DNA from: Chiloscyllium plagiosum
Taxonomy: Eukaryota
Assembly (NCBI RefSeq): GCF_004010195.1
Contig: NC_057719.1
Location: 85,712,387 to 85,776,386 of the forward strand
DNA: 64,000 nucleotides
Direction of reading: 5' to 3'
This document shows positions 52,278 to 64,000 of the stretch, piece after piece. The position numbers were made by a program, and so were the translations under genes. The number at the start of each line of letters is the position of its first letter. Positions within the stretch are counted from its first letter, which is position 1. The notes beneath the pieces are model-generated. The model saw only the letters and a program-made list of their open reading frames with translations. It was not told the DNA's origin and ran no database searches.

Positions 52278-52655
52278 ATAGAGCCATAGACTAATACATC
52301 ACGGAAACAGACTCTTTGGTCCAACCAATCCGTGCTGAACATTATCCCAGACTAAACGAGTCCCAACTGCCTGCTCCTAGCCCATATCCCTCCAAACCTT
52401 TCCCATTCATGTACTTACCCAAATGTCTTTTAAATGTTGTAATTTTACTCACATCCACTATTTCCTCAGAAAGCTCATTCCACACGTGAACCACCCTCTG
52501 TATAAAAAAAAATGCCCAACATGACTTTTTAAAATCTCTCTCCTCACCCTAATAATGTACCCCCTCGCCTTGAAATCACCCATCCTCGGTAAAAGAAACC
52601 TACCATTAACTCGACCTATACCCCTCATGATTTTATATAAGGTCACTTCTCCTTC
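52278..52655 (-). mobile_element. CR1 3' end
   Basis: LYKIMRGIGRVNGRFLLPRMGDFKARGY. Confidence 0.85.
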
Positions 52656-53775
52656 CTTCTATACTGTTAACCTCTATGATTTTATATTAGACCCAGGTCG
52701 CTGTACTGTCCGGTGAAGCAGAGCAAAGATCTTGGACCGAGCAGCTTGTTGAAATGTAAAGTCATTTTCCTCATGCTGCAGAAAATCTTCGAGTAAATTG
52801 TATTGATTGAATTTAGATAATTGTCCAGTCCTTCTATTCAATTCTCCAGATGGGCCGAATGGCCGAGTCAGACATCTGTGTGATTTTTTTTCATTGACGT
52901 ATCGTGCTTTGTTATTTTTGTTTATCAAGCGACAGTGCACAGTCCAGTCCCATACCCCATCATTTTTCTGATCCTGCAGCAGTCCAGGAAGCAGAAACTC
53001 CAATTTCTTTTGTCCACAGCGGCCTAGGAAGAGCAGAACATTGTGATATAGCTGAGTCACCACTGTTGTCTGTCTACCTGAATCTGCTAATCTCTGTTTA
53101 AGGACAGTTTATAACTGCTGGCATGTCTCCTTCCACCCAGATTCAGAGACCTCTAACTCCATCCATGTGGGACACGGGCAGCTGTCAAACACAACTTTCT
53201 GTGGCTTTATGTCTGGATCCAGACCTCCGCTGTGATATATCAGTCTTAATTTAGGCAGACCCACTCTCCAAAGCATATTTTTGTTCCTGGTTCATTTTCC
53301 CTTTCAGGACGCTCCATTTCAGTAGTTTCCGCGCATAAAGGGAATGAATTCGAGTCTCCAGTTTAAACAAGACCAGCTCCAACATGGCCCTTTCCATTCT
53401 TTATGCTTTCTCCAAATTGTCATTCTTTTTGGGCCTCACTTGAAATCCGGGTGTAATTTGTCGGCTTCAGCTTTTCAAAAGCGAAGATACAGGGTAGGTT
53501 CTCCTATCAGCGTTAAATTTGCATCCATTGTCCACTATCATCACGGCTCCTGACTGCCTGGTTTAATGTCCACTTGATTTTATTCTTAAGATTCTACAAT
53601 GTCAGTTGTCAGTTTCTGAAAACATGCCCCTATCGGTCGAGGGTGGTCCCTAACCATCCAGTGTTCTTGTACAAAGTAAGCCTTCACCCATGACGCACAA
53701 TTTTAACCAGAATGTCTTCTCTGGGCAGTAGTTACAAAGGAAACGTTAACAGATACAAAAAAAAAGATGGCCCTG

Positions 53776-53870
53776 AGTTCGGAAGGAGAGTCGTGTTGGA
53801 CTGGAAATGTTAACTTTCTCTTTCCGCAAATGCCGCAGGACATCCTGAGTTTCTCCACCACCTACTGTTT
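53776..53870 (+). mobile_element. Degenerate short element with hammerhead-like head (third family)
   Basis: CGGAAGG-AGAGTC...GGACT-GGAAATGTT resembles a decayed CUGANGA/stem/GAAAC-GUH motif; paired with 21932-22038. Confidence 0.45.
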
Positions 53871-53959
53871 ATATTGGTTCTGGTGATTGGTTTGGGTTCG
53901 CTAACCAGACCTGGGTTCTGCGCATTTTTCTACCCTCTTACGAGATATTGAGATCAAAG

Positions 53960-54870
53960 AGTCTTAAGATCAGAAGACGTTGGGCCCATCAAGTCTGTTC
54001 TATCAGTCAATGAGATTATGACCGATCTGATAACCCCAACTCGACCTTCCCGCCTTTCCCTCACAACCCTTACTGATTAAAAATCTCAGCCTTAGATATA
54101 TTTAATGTCATAGAATCTATGTTGTAAAGAGTTCCGCAGAATAACTACCCCCACAGAGAAGATAAATTCTTTTCATCTCTATCTTATGCAGGTAAACCCT
54201 TATTTTGAGATTCTCTGCGCCCAGACTCTTCCACAATGGGGAAAACAGTATCTCCGCATCTACCCTGTCAAGTTCCCAGAGTCTTGCATGTTTCAAAAAC
54301 GTTGTGTCTGATCCTTCTAAATTTCGTATGAGTATAGGCCCAAAGTACTCAACCTCTTTCATTATCAACCTCTTCTCAACAAAGAAAGTTTCTCCATACC
54401 CAGTATTAACCGAGTGAACCTTCTCCAGAATACCTCTAATGATAGTTTATCTTTCCCATACGTAAGGGCGCAAAACTGTTCACTATATCCCAGCTATGAT
54501 CTGGCTAGTGCCTTGTATCGTTTTATTGATTGCTTCAAAGCCTAATTTCTCTCCGGTTCCATAGCCTCTGCAAGTTGCTGGTTAACCTAGCCAATACTGC
54601 CTTCCTTATTCTTTTGCTTCTGAGAAAACGTGATACGTGTTATCCATATGCAACCCCTCTATTTTAAGACTCCACACCTGATGAAATAATGACCAACATT
54701 CCACTTGCTTTCCCTAATACCCACTGAACTTGGATAAACCTTTTGTGATTCATGCACAATCCCTCTGTTGTGCGCCTTTCCGCAGTCTTTCTCCATTTAA
54801 GTAATATTCAGCACCTCCATTCTTCCTATCAAACCTCACATTTTATCTCATTGCATTCCACCTGTTCTGA
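53960..54870 (-). mobile_element. Old CR1 3' ~0.9 kb
   Basis: YKALARS.LGYSEQF, LDRVDAEILFSP and 3'UTR remnants. Confidence 0.7.
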
Positions 54871-57761
54871 TTTTTCCCATTCTTCCTCAGTGATTTTGAA
54901 GTTCCAATCTTATTGCTTAACATTGGCAGATGAAATTTTACAACTGAATAATTTTTGTGCTTGTTCTCTAAGGGTGGTCAGAATCTGACAGGATCAGTAT
55001 TGAAGGAATACCTTGATGCTGTCATAGAGACCTAGTTAGTGGGGAACAGCTTGAGATCGGAAGGAGTAAGACCGATCTACCACCCAAATTCTCCTCAGAG
55101 ACATTGTTACAGAGACAACCAGTCTACCTTATACTCAGTTGTTAATACAAACTAAACAGCATCCTGTTCAAGGCAAGAATGTCTTCTAAGTACCGAAAAG
55201 TGGCTTTCATCCACACCACACTAGACCAAGCAGCTCTTGTAAAGCCCTGCCCTGAAAGAGGATGTTGCAGCAAACCCTTCCCAAGTTAAGCAAAAGGACA
55301 GGCAGCCTCATACAACAGGGTGGGTGTCGGCAGTGAGGTCTGCTCCACAAGTTGGGTTGATATCACCAAGAGGTTGCAGATTCAATGCAATGAATAAAGA
55401 GGCCTCTGAATAATCTGAAGTTGTGCTCCTTGGTAATCCAAAATCTTGTCCCTAGACAGATATTCCATCCTGTATCAGTAAATGTTAAAGAAGGATTAGC
55501 CCTTAATGCACAGTCCCTATTCTTGTCTCCAACATTATCAGGACAATGTCCGTTAGAGGTCACCACCACCACCACCAGACAGGGACGAAGTCTCTCTCCC
55601 CAAATGGAGGCGCAGTTTATTCATTTTCCCTTGTGTGATAAGTAATATATTCTAGTAATACCCTTCGTATACAGAGTGCATAAATATAAAACGCGTCAAG
55701 TTTTGTCACAGAAGCAAAAGAAAAAATAAGGCAGTATTGTTTCGGTCAACTAGCAGGTTGCAGAGACGATGGAAGCGAAGAGAAAGTACACTTTGAAGGA
55801 ATCAATAAAAAAAAATTGCACTTTCCCAGTGACTTCCGCACCAACAGGGAACCTTCAAAGTGTTTTACACGTAAACTAAAAATATTGTTCCAACGCAGGG
55901 TGGCCTATTACTAACGAGAGCACAGAAAGTCCCTAAAAGCCTTTTGTTTCGTGGTGGTTTCAGTGGAATGACAGCACCTCGGACAGTTCACCGCATTGTG
56001 TTGGGAGCTTTTAATCCTCATGTTTCTGTGCTAAACCCTGAAGCCTATGCCTCTTGGTGATAGGGCGAAACCATCCCACCCCCAACCCCACTCTGCACTT
56101 TAGAGGTTAATTGTATGAACCTCGTCCATCACTTGTGGCGAGAAGGAAAATGCACAACAGAAAAGGGAGGGATGAGAGATGTGAGTTGTGCATTATAGCA
56201 TTTAGTGGTGATTGGAAAGTGAACATCACGGCGATGATACAAAGCCATTCCCAGTCTAAGTTTGACATGCAGTTGCACTGGATAATCATTGGATTTCAAC
56301 TGGAAGGCTGTACTCCCTGGTGGCAGTAACCAATGGGTTGTCTGGGCTGGCTGGCGTGGACTAGTTGGACCCATGTTGTTGCCATTTTGTATGATTCTGA
56401 TTCTCGTTCTTTAATGTCTAAGTACGGTCACTGTAGTTAAAAAATGCGACTCAGCCAAGCACGGCCACAAGTCATAAAGTCCTAAATAATGAGCTAAAGA
56501 TAACTGACTCAATAAAATACTGTGACCAGGCAGAGCAGGTGCCAGATGTATTCATAGACTGCAATGGTTTCCATTTCGTCCAGCGCTGCAATAGCAACTG
56601 GGCTTAGATTTTACAAGGTCTTTAATGTGAACATGTCCCAGTGCCCTTAACAATAGTCATTTAGTGTAAAATCTTTCTGGCACCAAGACATACAAGGATA
56701 CATTTGACTGAAAGAGGTGAAGTGGTTTAGGGAGGGAATTCAGTGTCTGAGCTAAGGGAGCTGAAAGCAGCGCAGACAATAAGACATTAAAACACGATCC
56801 TAGAAGTTGGAGCGCATACAGCTGTAATGTTCATTGTTGGTGATTTAGAGAGTCATTGCAGGACAGATACCAATAAAACATTACAGTTCCATCCAGTTAG
56901 AGAATGTGATCGGGTGGTATATTCTTGAATGCTGTGGACAGATTGAGAAGGAGACAGGGCTGTTAATCCTGGTCATTGTCACAGCTTCTAACAATGGACT
57001 TTTAAGCATTGCCCTGGAAACCTGATTGGAGGGAGTTGTGGGAAACAACGGCATGAATTTGAGGAAGCAAATTCCGTTGAAGGGCTTTGCAAAGAGAAGG
57101 AAGGTTGGGCTAGGGGCTATCATAGAGGTGCGTTGTCCAGATAAGGGGGATCGAGAGCAGTTTTTGGGACAGTATCAGTTGAGAGTCAGTCAGTGAGGAT
57201 CAAAACTGAGGGGTTGATTGCGTCTCAGGCACAGGTTATTGCTAAAGTTGGAAGAGAGCCTGGAGTTCAGGACAGGCGAAGCAGGGAGGGCGAGAGTGAA
57301 GGTTGGCCGAAGGGCAAGGGAATGAAGTGGTTGAAAGGATGTGCTCTATTTCCGTGATTATCGGGTAACCAATAACACTGAAGAACCAGCCAGCTCCGCT
57401 CAACATTTCGAGGTACCAAGATATTTGCTGGTCAGGCAATCCTTGACTGATTCCAGAGCATTTGTTTTTTTTTTTAACACGACATCTCAAGCTAAAATTG
57501 CATTGGTAGAAAAGTGCAGAGTGTTTTCCAGTAATTTGTAAAAAAAAAAGTGAAGTTATTGCTTTCAGCTTTAATATTGGTCCCATAACTTACAACCTGT
57601 GGTCTTTGGCCAATGTTCCGTTGTAGTTGCTTTACCCAATTATTTCAGAATGAGCACTGGTTTATTCTCCCTGTTAGGTGTGCAGTTTGACCATGAACAC
57701 TAAGTACGGACCACGTAATGGCAGCACTCTGCTTCCTAGCAGGTAGTTCTGACAACACTTA

Positions 57762-57980
57762 TAGAATGGGGAAATGGGGAATCAGGCCATTGGCCCCACC
57801 CAGTCTATACCGACCTTTCGAAAAGCATCTCACCCAGATCCAATCCCCTACCATCTTTCTATAATGCATTTCCCCATAGCTAATCTATCCAACCTGCACA
57901 TCCCTGGACACTATGGACAATTGAGCATGGCCAATACATCTATTTTTAGACTGGGGGAGGAAACTGGAGCACCCGGAGGA
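57762..57980 (-). mobile_element. HE1-like V-SINE 3' half
   Basis: GGAGGAAACTGGAGCACCCGGAG and AGCATGGCCAAT blocks as in 13190-13509. Confidence 0.7.
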
Positions 57981-58160
57981 TGCTGAAACCTTACATTTGA
58001 AAAGATCTTTTGTCCGTCAGCTCCTAAACTAGCATTCTCCTTGTTATAACAAGCTGACAAGTATTGTGAGCTTGCAAAGATATTTTAAAGTTATGAAGTT
58101 CTTTTGCTCTCACATTTAGACATGGCATTTTCTTGCCCAATGAAAGGCAAAGTGACTCAC

Positions 58161-58244
58161 CTCCAGTTTCTGCGCAGCTTGACTCTGATGATCACTCACC
58201 TCATTGAAAGCTCGCCGCCGGCCGGAACACCTTCCTTCTCCCAT
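58161..58244 (-). CDS. Candidate first exon of the EEF1AKMT3-like gene (two tandem donor sites)
   Basis: Two GAG|GTGAGT donors (exon ends 58200 and 58161); ATG at 58204 gives phase 2, matching the acceptor at 42201; CpG-retaining, non-repetitive context; N gap at 58296-58354. Confidence 0.45.
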
Positions 58245-59084
58245 GAATGAGAAACTGGAGGATTAAGGCTTCGGTTTTCCCCGTTAAAGTTGGGGNNNNN
58301 NNNNNNNNNNNNNNNNNNNNNNNNNNNNNNNNNNNNNNNNNNNNNNNNNNNNNNTTTATCTCCAGGATGGCCGCACATTGTGTACTTAAACTTACAAAAT
58401 TAGACTCCGAAGCATGCTGTTAAGCTCCGAAACAGAGTTGGACAGCATTTTTTTTTTAATGAAGAGAACGGGTTCGATGATTTTGCCTTGTCTCTCAATA
58501 GGTTGCAATATCATCTGGAAGCGAGGTGGAGGGATGTCAAGCCTGGACCAGTTAGCAGTCCGTTGGGGTGGGAGAGAAGTGAGGGGGTGGTGGTGGCATG
58601 TAACTGGCCATACCTGACTCAGGCAAATGGAGTCGAGTCAGAGACATCTTCGCCTTGCTTTGCCCCCTCTCCCCCCCCACCCACCCCATTTATTCACTTT
58701 AAGTGAGGTCAAAGCGTGGCAAACACACTCGCCGGCAAAAGGGATGCTATACACGCGATCAACGCTCGATCGCCAGCTAAAACAAAAACAAGTCCGTGCA
58801 GCGGAGGGAGAGTCCAGTGGATTCCACTCGGTGTGTGCTGCCTCCTCATTTACCTCATCCTTCTACACGGCAGCTGAAGCCGGCTTGTGGCGTCCTAGCA
58901 GCGTCACAGAGATGCTGACCTGTGTCCCACCAAGAGATTCTGGTTGCCTGAAGATTTTAAAAAAGATGCAGTGGACAATTCTGCGTTTCTTCCCCCTACC
59001 CCTCCGCCAATGTCCTGTCGCCTCGCCTGCAGAAGCCCGGCTGATTTTTGCGACTGAGCTGGCATTAATGGCTTTTAAGTGGTC

Positions 59085-59270
59085 CTCAGTTATTTTTAGT
59101 GTGCGGGGGCGGAGGGCGGGGGGGTCAATGCTTTTAAACTAAATTCCAGCCATGGCTATTTTAATTCGGTCATGAATCTGTTTATTTCAAATGGGTTAAT
59201 GATTGCAAGCAAACTAGGGTTGGCAGCGTGTTAAACTAATAGTTTTGCCAGCTGCTCTATAAATAGCACA
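59085..59270. promoter_or_regulatory. MEF2 / GC-box / E-box cluster
   Basis: TTATTTTTAG 59090-59099 and CTATAAATAG 59257-59266 (YTAWWWWTAR), two GGGCGG boxes within 59105-59124, CAGCTG 59249-59254. Confidence 0.5.
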
Positions 59271-60644
59271 CTCCTCTAGATTTACATCTGAGGGGTTGGA
59301 AGTGACCGAGAGTCACTTCCAAAGATTCGGGGGAGGGGAGAAAAAAAAGAGAGGATCCTATGCTTTAACTAGTGGTGCATCATTGTTTCACACTCTCTCT
59401 CATTCGGGCTTGGTACCGGCGTTCACATAAGTTCTGCCCTGATGCAGTTCTGGCTTAACTCTGCCTGACGTGGCGAGGCATTCTGTCCCAGAGCGACACA
59501 CTTCCCGCAATGGAGATGAAAAACCAAAAGGAGCGGACCCTGTCCCATAATTTCAACAGACCGCCGCACCCCTCCTCCATTCCGCCTTCAGCTTGGCCGC
59601 ATGCCCAATTATCTGGGCTTGAGATGGCATCCCCTCACGAGAAAGGCTGTTAGCCTCATTGATTTACGGCTTCTCTCCAACCAACAATGATCTGAATTTA
59701 ATGTGTGCGCCACTCCCAAATAGTGTTTTGTTTTAATCACACACTTTGTGTAAGGGTGGGTATCAGTATGTTCCGGCCGGTTATATCACAGGAATTGCAG
59801 TTAAAAATACAATGAACCCTCATGTTATTCCCTCTTCTTCCATACCTGCCAATTATTGACTGGCGATTGCTATAGTGTCCTGCAGATGGTAACGTCACGG
59901 TAGGTGTCCGACATTGGGTTAGCGGGAATCTAAGAAGCGGAATTGGCCAGTCTGCATCTTGCAGCATTTTCGAACGTGCATTCCAGGGTTATTGCGCAAA
60001 TTTCTGATCAAATATCCACCACCTGTTTGGATGCTGAGTCCAACAGGTATTTAATACGCAGTAAGGGGTGTCAAAACATTTTAACACATGAGTTGGGGTC
60101 GGCCATTTGCCTGTTCTACCATTTAGTAATCTAATGGCTAATCTTCTACTGGAACTGCGCATTCCTCAATACCCTTACTTGTTACCTTATTACTGAAAGC
60201 TTATTGACGTCTGTCTTCAATATACTCAGACTGAGCAGCTATTGCTTTCTACGGCAGAGTATTGCAAAGATTCACAGCTCGACACAGAACTATCACGGAA
60301 CTAAATGACTAATAGCTCAGTCTGAGATTGTGACCCTGTGAGAATCCCCACAATTAACAAACAAAATCAATATCCACTTTGCTAAATATCTCAGGAATTT
60401 TAGCTATTTCAGTTAGACTATCTGCCGTCCTTCTGAACACAAGGAAATATGGGTCTAGACTACTCAATCTTTCCTGAAGGAGAATCTCTTTATCCTAGGA
60501 ACTAACTGAATGTTTAGTCATTTATACAGAAGTCAAGATGATCTAAATACAAACATTTTCCAATCTCTCATCATTCCAAAAGCTTTCCTTGATTAATCGC
60601 CCCCCAACCCCACCTAAGTTTACCTTCCATGATGATTGGCTGGT

Positions 60645-61080
60645 GATCCTGGGATTTTATTCATTAGAGTTTAGAAGGTTGAGGGGAGATCTAATAGAAA
60701 TGTACAAGATAATGCATGGTTTAGAAAGAGTGGACGCGAGGAAGTTGTTTCCATTAGGCGGGGAGACTAGGACCTGTGGGCATAGCCTTAAAATTAGAGA
60801 GGGTCAATTTAGAATGGAAATAAGGAGACATTTCTTCAGCCTGAGAGTGGTGGGCTTGTGGAATTCATTGCCACAGAGCACAGTGGAGGCCAGGATGTTG
60901 GGTGTCTTCAAGGCAGAGATTGATAAATTCTTGATCTCGCAAGGAATTAAGGGCTACGGGGAGAGTGCGGGTAAGTGGAATTGAAACATGCATCAGCCAT
61001 GACTAAATGGCAGAGTGGGCTCGATGGGCCAAATGGACTTGCTTCCACTCCTACGTCTTATGGTTTTATGGTCTTATGGT
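60645..61080 (+). mobile_element. CR1 3' end
   Basis: LGFYSLEFRRLRGDLIEMYKIMHGLERVD...GIKGYGESAGKWN*; (CTTATGGT)n tail. Confidence 0.92.
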
Positions 61081-61609
61081 CCTACCTAACTTTGTAGTAA
61101 CAGAAAGTTATGTTCCTGCATTCCCCTCATCAAAATCATTCTTATAAATTAGAGATAACTGGAGTAGAAATGTTAATCTTTGTGGTATTCTACGAGATAC
61201 AATCTGCCATTTTAGAATGGTCTTGTTTGTTCCTACTCTCTATTTTCTGCCAATTAATCAATCCTCAGTCCACAGTAATACTTCATCCTAGCCCTACATT
61301 CTAATATTGTGTAACAAACTTTTGAGTAACACTTTGGTGAATTTCCTTTGAAATTCCAAATGCACTACAACCACTTAACTCCTTCATTCACCTTAACCAG
61401 GTTGTAGGTTGCATCACTAAAATCTCTAACTCAGTTTTTGAATCTGATTTTCTTTTCATCAATTTGTGTTGACTTTCAAATAGTATATGATGTGCCAAAT
61501 CTTTCAGCTCCAGCGATTCATATATGCTAATCTCCATGGGAATTGCCTGTTTTATTTTAGTTTTCATTGGGCAATTCTCCTGCTCCCTGGGGTCCATCCC
61601 ATAAATCTC

Positions 61610-62910
61610 TCTGAGCTGGAAGGTTTATCTTCAGACGTTTTATCAACATACTAGGTAACATCATCAGAGAGCCTCCGGTGAAGCACGGGTGGTATGCACC
61701 GCTTGACGATAAGGACAATATGGTCAAGCTAATGGATCTATGTCTTACCACCCACTTCACCTTCAAACCTACATACAAACCAACAGAACACCCATGGGAT
61801 CTCCGATATCAGGGTTCTTAGCAGAGGTAGTAATGCAGAGACTCGAACAAACAGCTCTGCCAACCATCCAACCCAAACTTTGGGTCCGCTACGTGGATGA
61901 CACCTTTGTCATCACTAAATGAAACAAATTAGAGGCAATGTTCAAGACCATGAATAATACCCTTATTGGCATAAAATTCACTCAAGGGGAGGAAACAACA
62001 ACAAACTGCCATTCCTAGATGTTGTAGTAGAGTGAACAGCCAATGGGGAACTTCAAACCAGCGTCTATAGGAAAACAACACATACAGACCAAATACTGAA
62101 CTACAGCCATTACATTAAAACATTATTTCAATGAGCCACCACACTGCAGCACAGAGGAACTACGATGAGCAGAGGAGAATCACCTATACAGTGTATTCAA
62201 AAAGAATGGGTACCCAATGAACACAGACTGCTGATTTCTCAGCAACAAATCCAAACAAGCAGACAAAACGCATTCAAAAACCTTAGCCACTCTCCCCTAC
62301 ATCAAAGACATCATGGAAATGACTGCCAGACTACTCAGACCTCTTGACGTCCTGGTAGCCCACAAACCCACTAACACACTAAAACAGCAGCTAATGAACT
62401 TGAAATACCCTTTGCAGACAACAAGTAAAACTAATGTCAGTTAAAAAATACCTTGCAAGAACTGTAACAAACACTACATTGGATGACCAGGCAGAAAACT
62501 AACTACCAGGATACATGAATATCAACTAGCCACAAAAAGACATGATCCACTCTCACTTGTATCTTTACATGCAGATGAGGAAGGACACCACTTCAACTGA
62601 GACAACACATCCACTCTAGGACAAGCCAAACAGAGACACACACAAGAATTCCTAGCAGTGTGGCACTCCAACCAGAACTCTATCAATGAACACACTGACT
62701 TGAACCCCATTTACCATCCCGTGAGAAAAGGAACAGGAAATGACATCGCCACAGAAAATGCTATCACCAACTCAAGGAAACCTAAACACATAAATAAAAA
62801 GTGGGCCATATTACCAGTGCTTCACCGAAGGCTCGCTGATGATGTTACATAGTATAGTGACAAAATGTCTGAAAAGGAACTTTCCAGCTCAGCGAGCAAA
62901 CTTACATCCT
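61610..62910 (+). mobile_element. Penelope-like element, 5'-truncated (RT C-half + GIY-YIG), with 3' terminal repeat and an inverted copy of it at the 5' end
   Basis: TPMGSPISGFLAEVVMQRLE...WVRYVDDTFVI; KIPCKNCNKHYIG; 61610-61686 is the reverse complement of about 62817-62893. Confidence 0.92.
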
Positions 62911-62924
62911 TAAATAGATCTTGT

Positions 62925-63228
62925 TCCTAAGGTAAGGGAGTTCAGAACCAGAAGGTATATTTTTAAGGTGAGAAGAGAAAAACTTAAAAGGGACCTGAAG
63001 GGTAACTTTTTCCACATAGAGGGTGGTTCATATGTGGAATGTTCTGCCAGAGGAAGTGGTGGGTGCAGTTACAGTTAGAACATTTAAAAGACATTTGGAT
63101 AGGTGCATGAATAGAAAGGTTTTAGAGGGATATGGGCCAAATGCAGGCAAATGGGACTAATTTAGTTTGAGAAACCTGGTCAGCATGGACAAGTTGAATG
63201 GATTTGTTTCCATGCTATATAACTCTGT
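62925..63228 (+). mobile_element. CR1 3' end
   Basis: FKVRREKLKRDLKGNFF...VVHMWN...FKRHLDRCM. Confidence 0.82.
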
Positions 63229-63239
63229 AAATCCCATTT

Positions 63240-64000
63240 ACTAATACTGAACCATTGATTTCCCTTTTAACACCATGACTGCCTATCCTGACCCCTGAGT
63301 AGTCATTAAACCTGCATCCCACCCTACCATTGACACCAAATAACCTCCTAGCCACTGTTAGAAGCTAATTAGTTTCTGGCACACAACCATCCCACCAACA
63401 CATGAACTACAACCCCAATCCCACATGTACATCACTTCCTTTTATCTCTGATATCCAAATGCCTCCACACCACTGTAACTACCACCTCTGACTCCTCAAT
63501 GAACCATCACTGAACTCAACCAACTAGCAGAGTCAAGGCTACAGTGGTGCTGGAAAAGCACAGCAGGTCAGCCAGCATCCGTGAAGCAGGAAAATCAATG
63601 TTTTGGGCAGGAGCCCTTCATCAGGAATGAATCATCTTGACTCTGATCTCCAGCATCTGCAGTCTTCACTTTCACCTCAACCAACTAGCAGCTTTCCCTG
63701 ACCTTCCTACTATACCACTGACCATGAGACAAACCAACTTTCTGACTGACCTCTTATCTGATCACCTACCTTTCCTGAACACTCAATATAGCCCATGATT
63801 ATCTGTGCTGAGCTGACCTGTCTATCCTTTATCAAACAACTACCTGTCCTCTAACACGACAACCTTCCAGATCCAAGCTTAATATCTCTGACACATTTAC
63901 TACTTCATCTACCTACTCACTTACCCCTTATTTACCTTCCACCCTACAGAAGTATCACCTCACCTAACTACCACCTTATCTACCTGACTTATCCACCTAC
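63240..64000. repeat. C/A-rich, G-poor degenerate low-complexity tract
   Basis: Recurrent CACTGA.C/ACCTACC words. Confidence 0.5.
63531..63675 (+). mobile_element. Penelope-derived mini-element (145 bp) with 5' inversion and perfect 16-bp TSD
   Basis: CTCAACCAACTAGCAG at 63515-63530 and 63676-63691; 63531-63630 antisense, 63635-63675 sense. Confidence 0.9.

Noticed and set aside
58296..58354. ORF 58196-58378 reading through Ns
   Set aside because: Assembly gap; frame continuity cannot be judged.
58627..59142. 171-aa plus-strand ORF
   Set aside because: No recognisable domain; overlaps GC boxes and a MEF2 motif, so more likely a chance ORF in regulatory DNA.

Overview
Eukaryotic, repeat-rich vertebrate genomic DNA. 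The repeat content (HE1-like V-SINEs, HER1/CR1 LINEs, Penelope-like elements, Tx1-like LINEs) points to a cartilaginous fish, probably a shark (inference). Two spliced protein-coding genes lie on the minus strand. (1) An intelectin: five coding exons at 12031-1208 with GT/AG boundaries and matching phases; the last exons lie left of the window. (2) An EEF1AKMT3/METTL21B-like lysine methyltransferase: three exons at 42201-36406, plus a candidate first exon near 58.2 kb beside a MEF2/E-box/GC-box cluster. Most of the rest is transposon-derived. The most notable items are: a family of ~130-145 bp hammerhead-ribozyme-bearing mini-retroelements derived from a Penelope-like terminal repeat (two with perfect 16-bp target-site duplications, two with inversions, one a palindromic pair, one with an intact catalytic core); a second Penelope-like family with its own hammerhead; and a solo LTR expanded from ~236 bp to ~2.66 kb by five Tx1-like 3' ends placed at its TATA region. 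All family names come from recognising motifs by eye; no database search was run.
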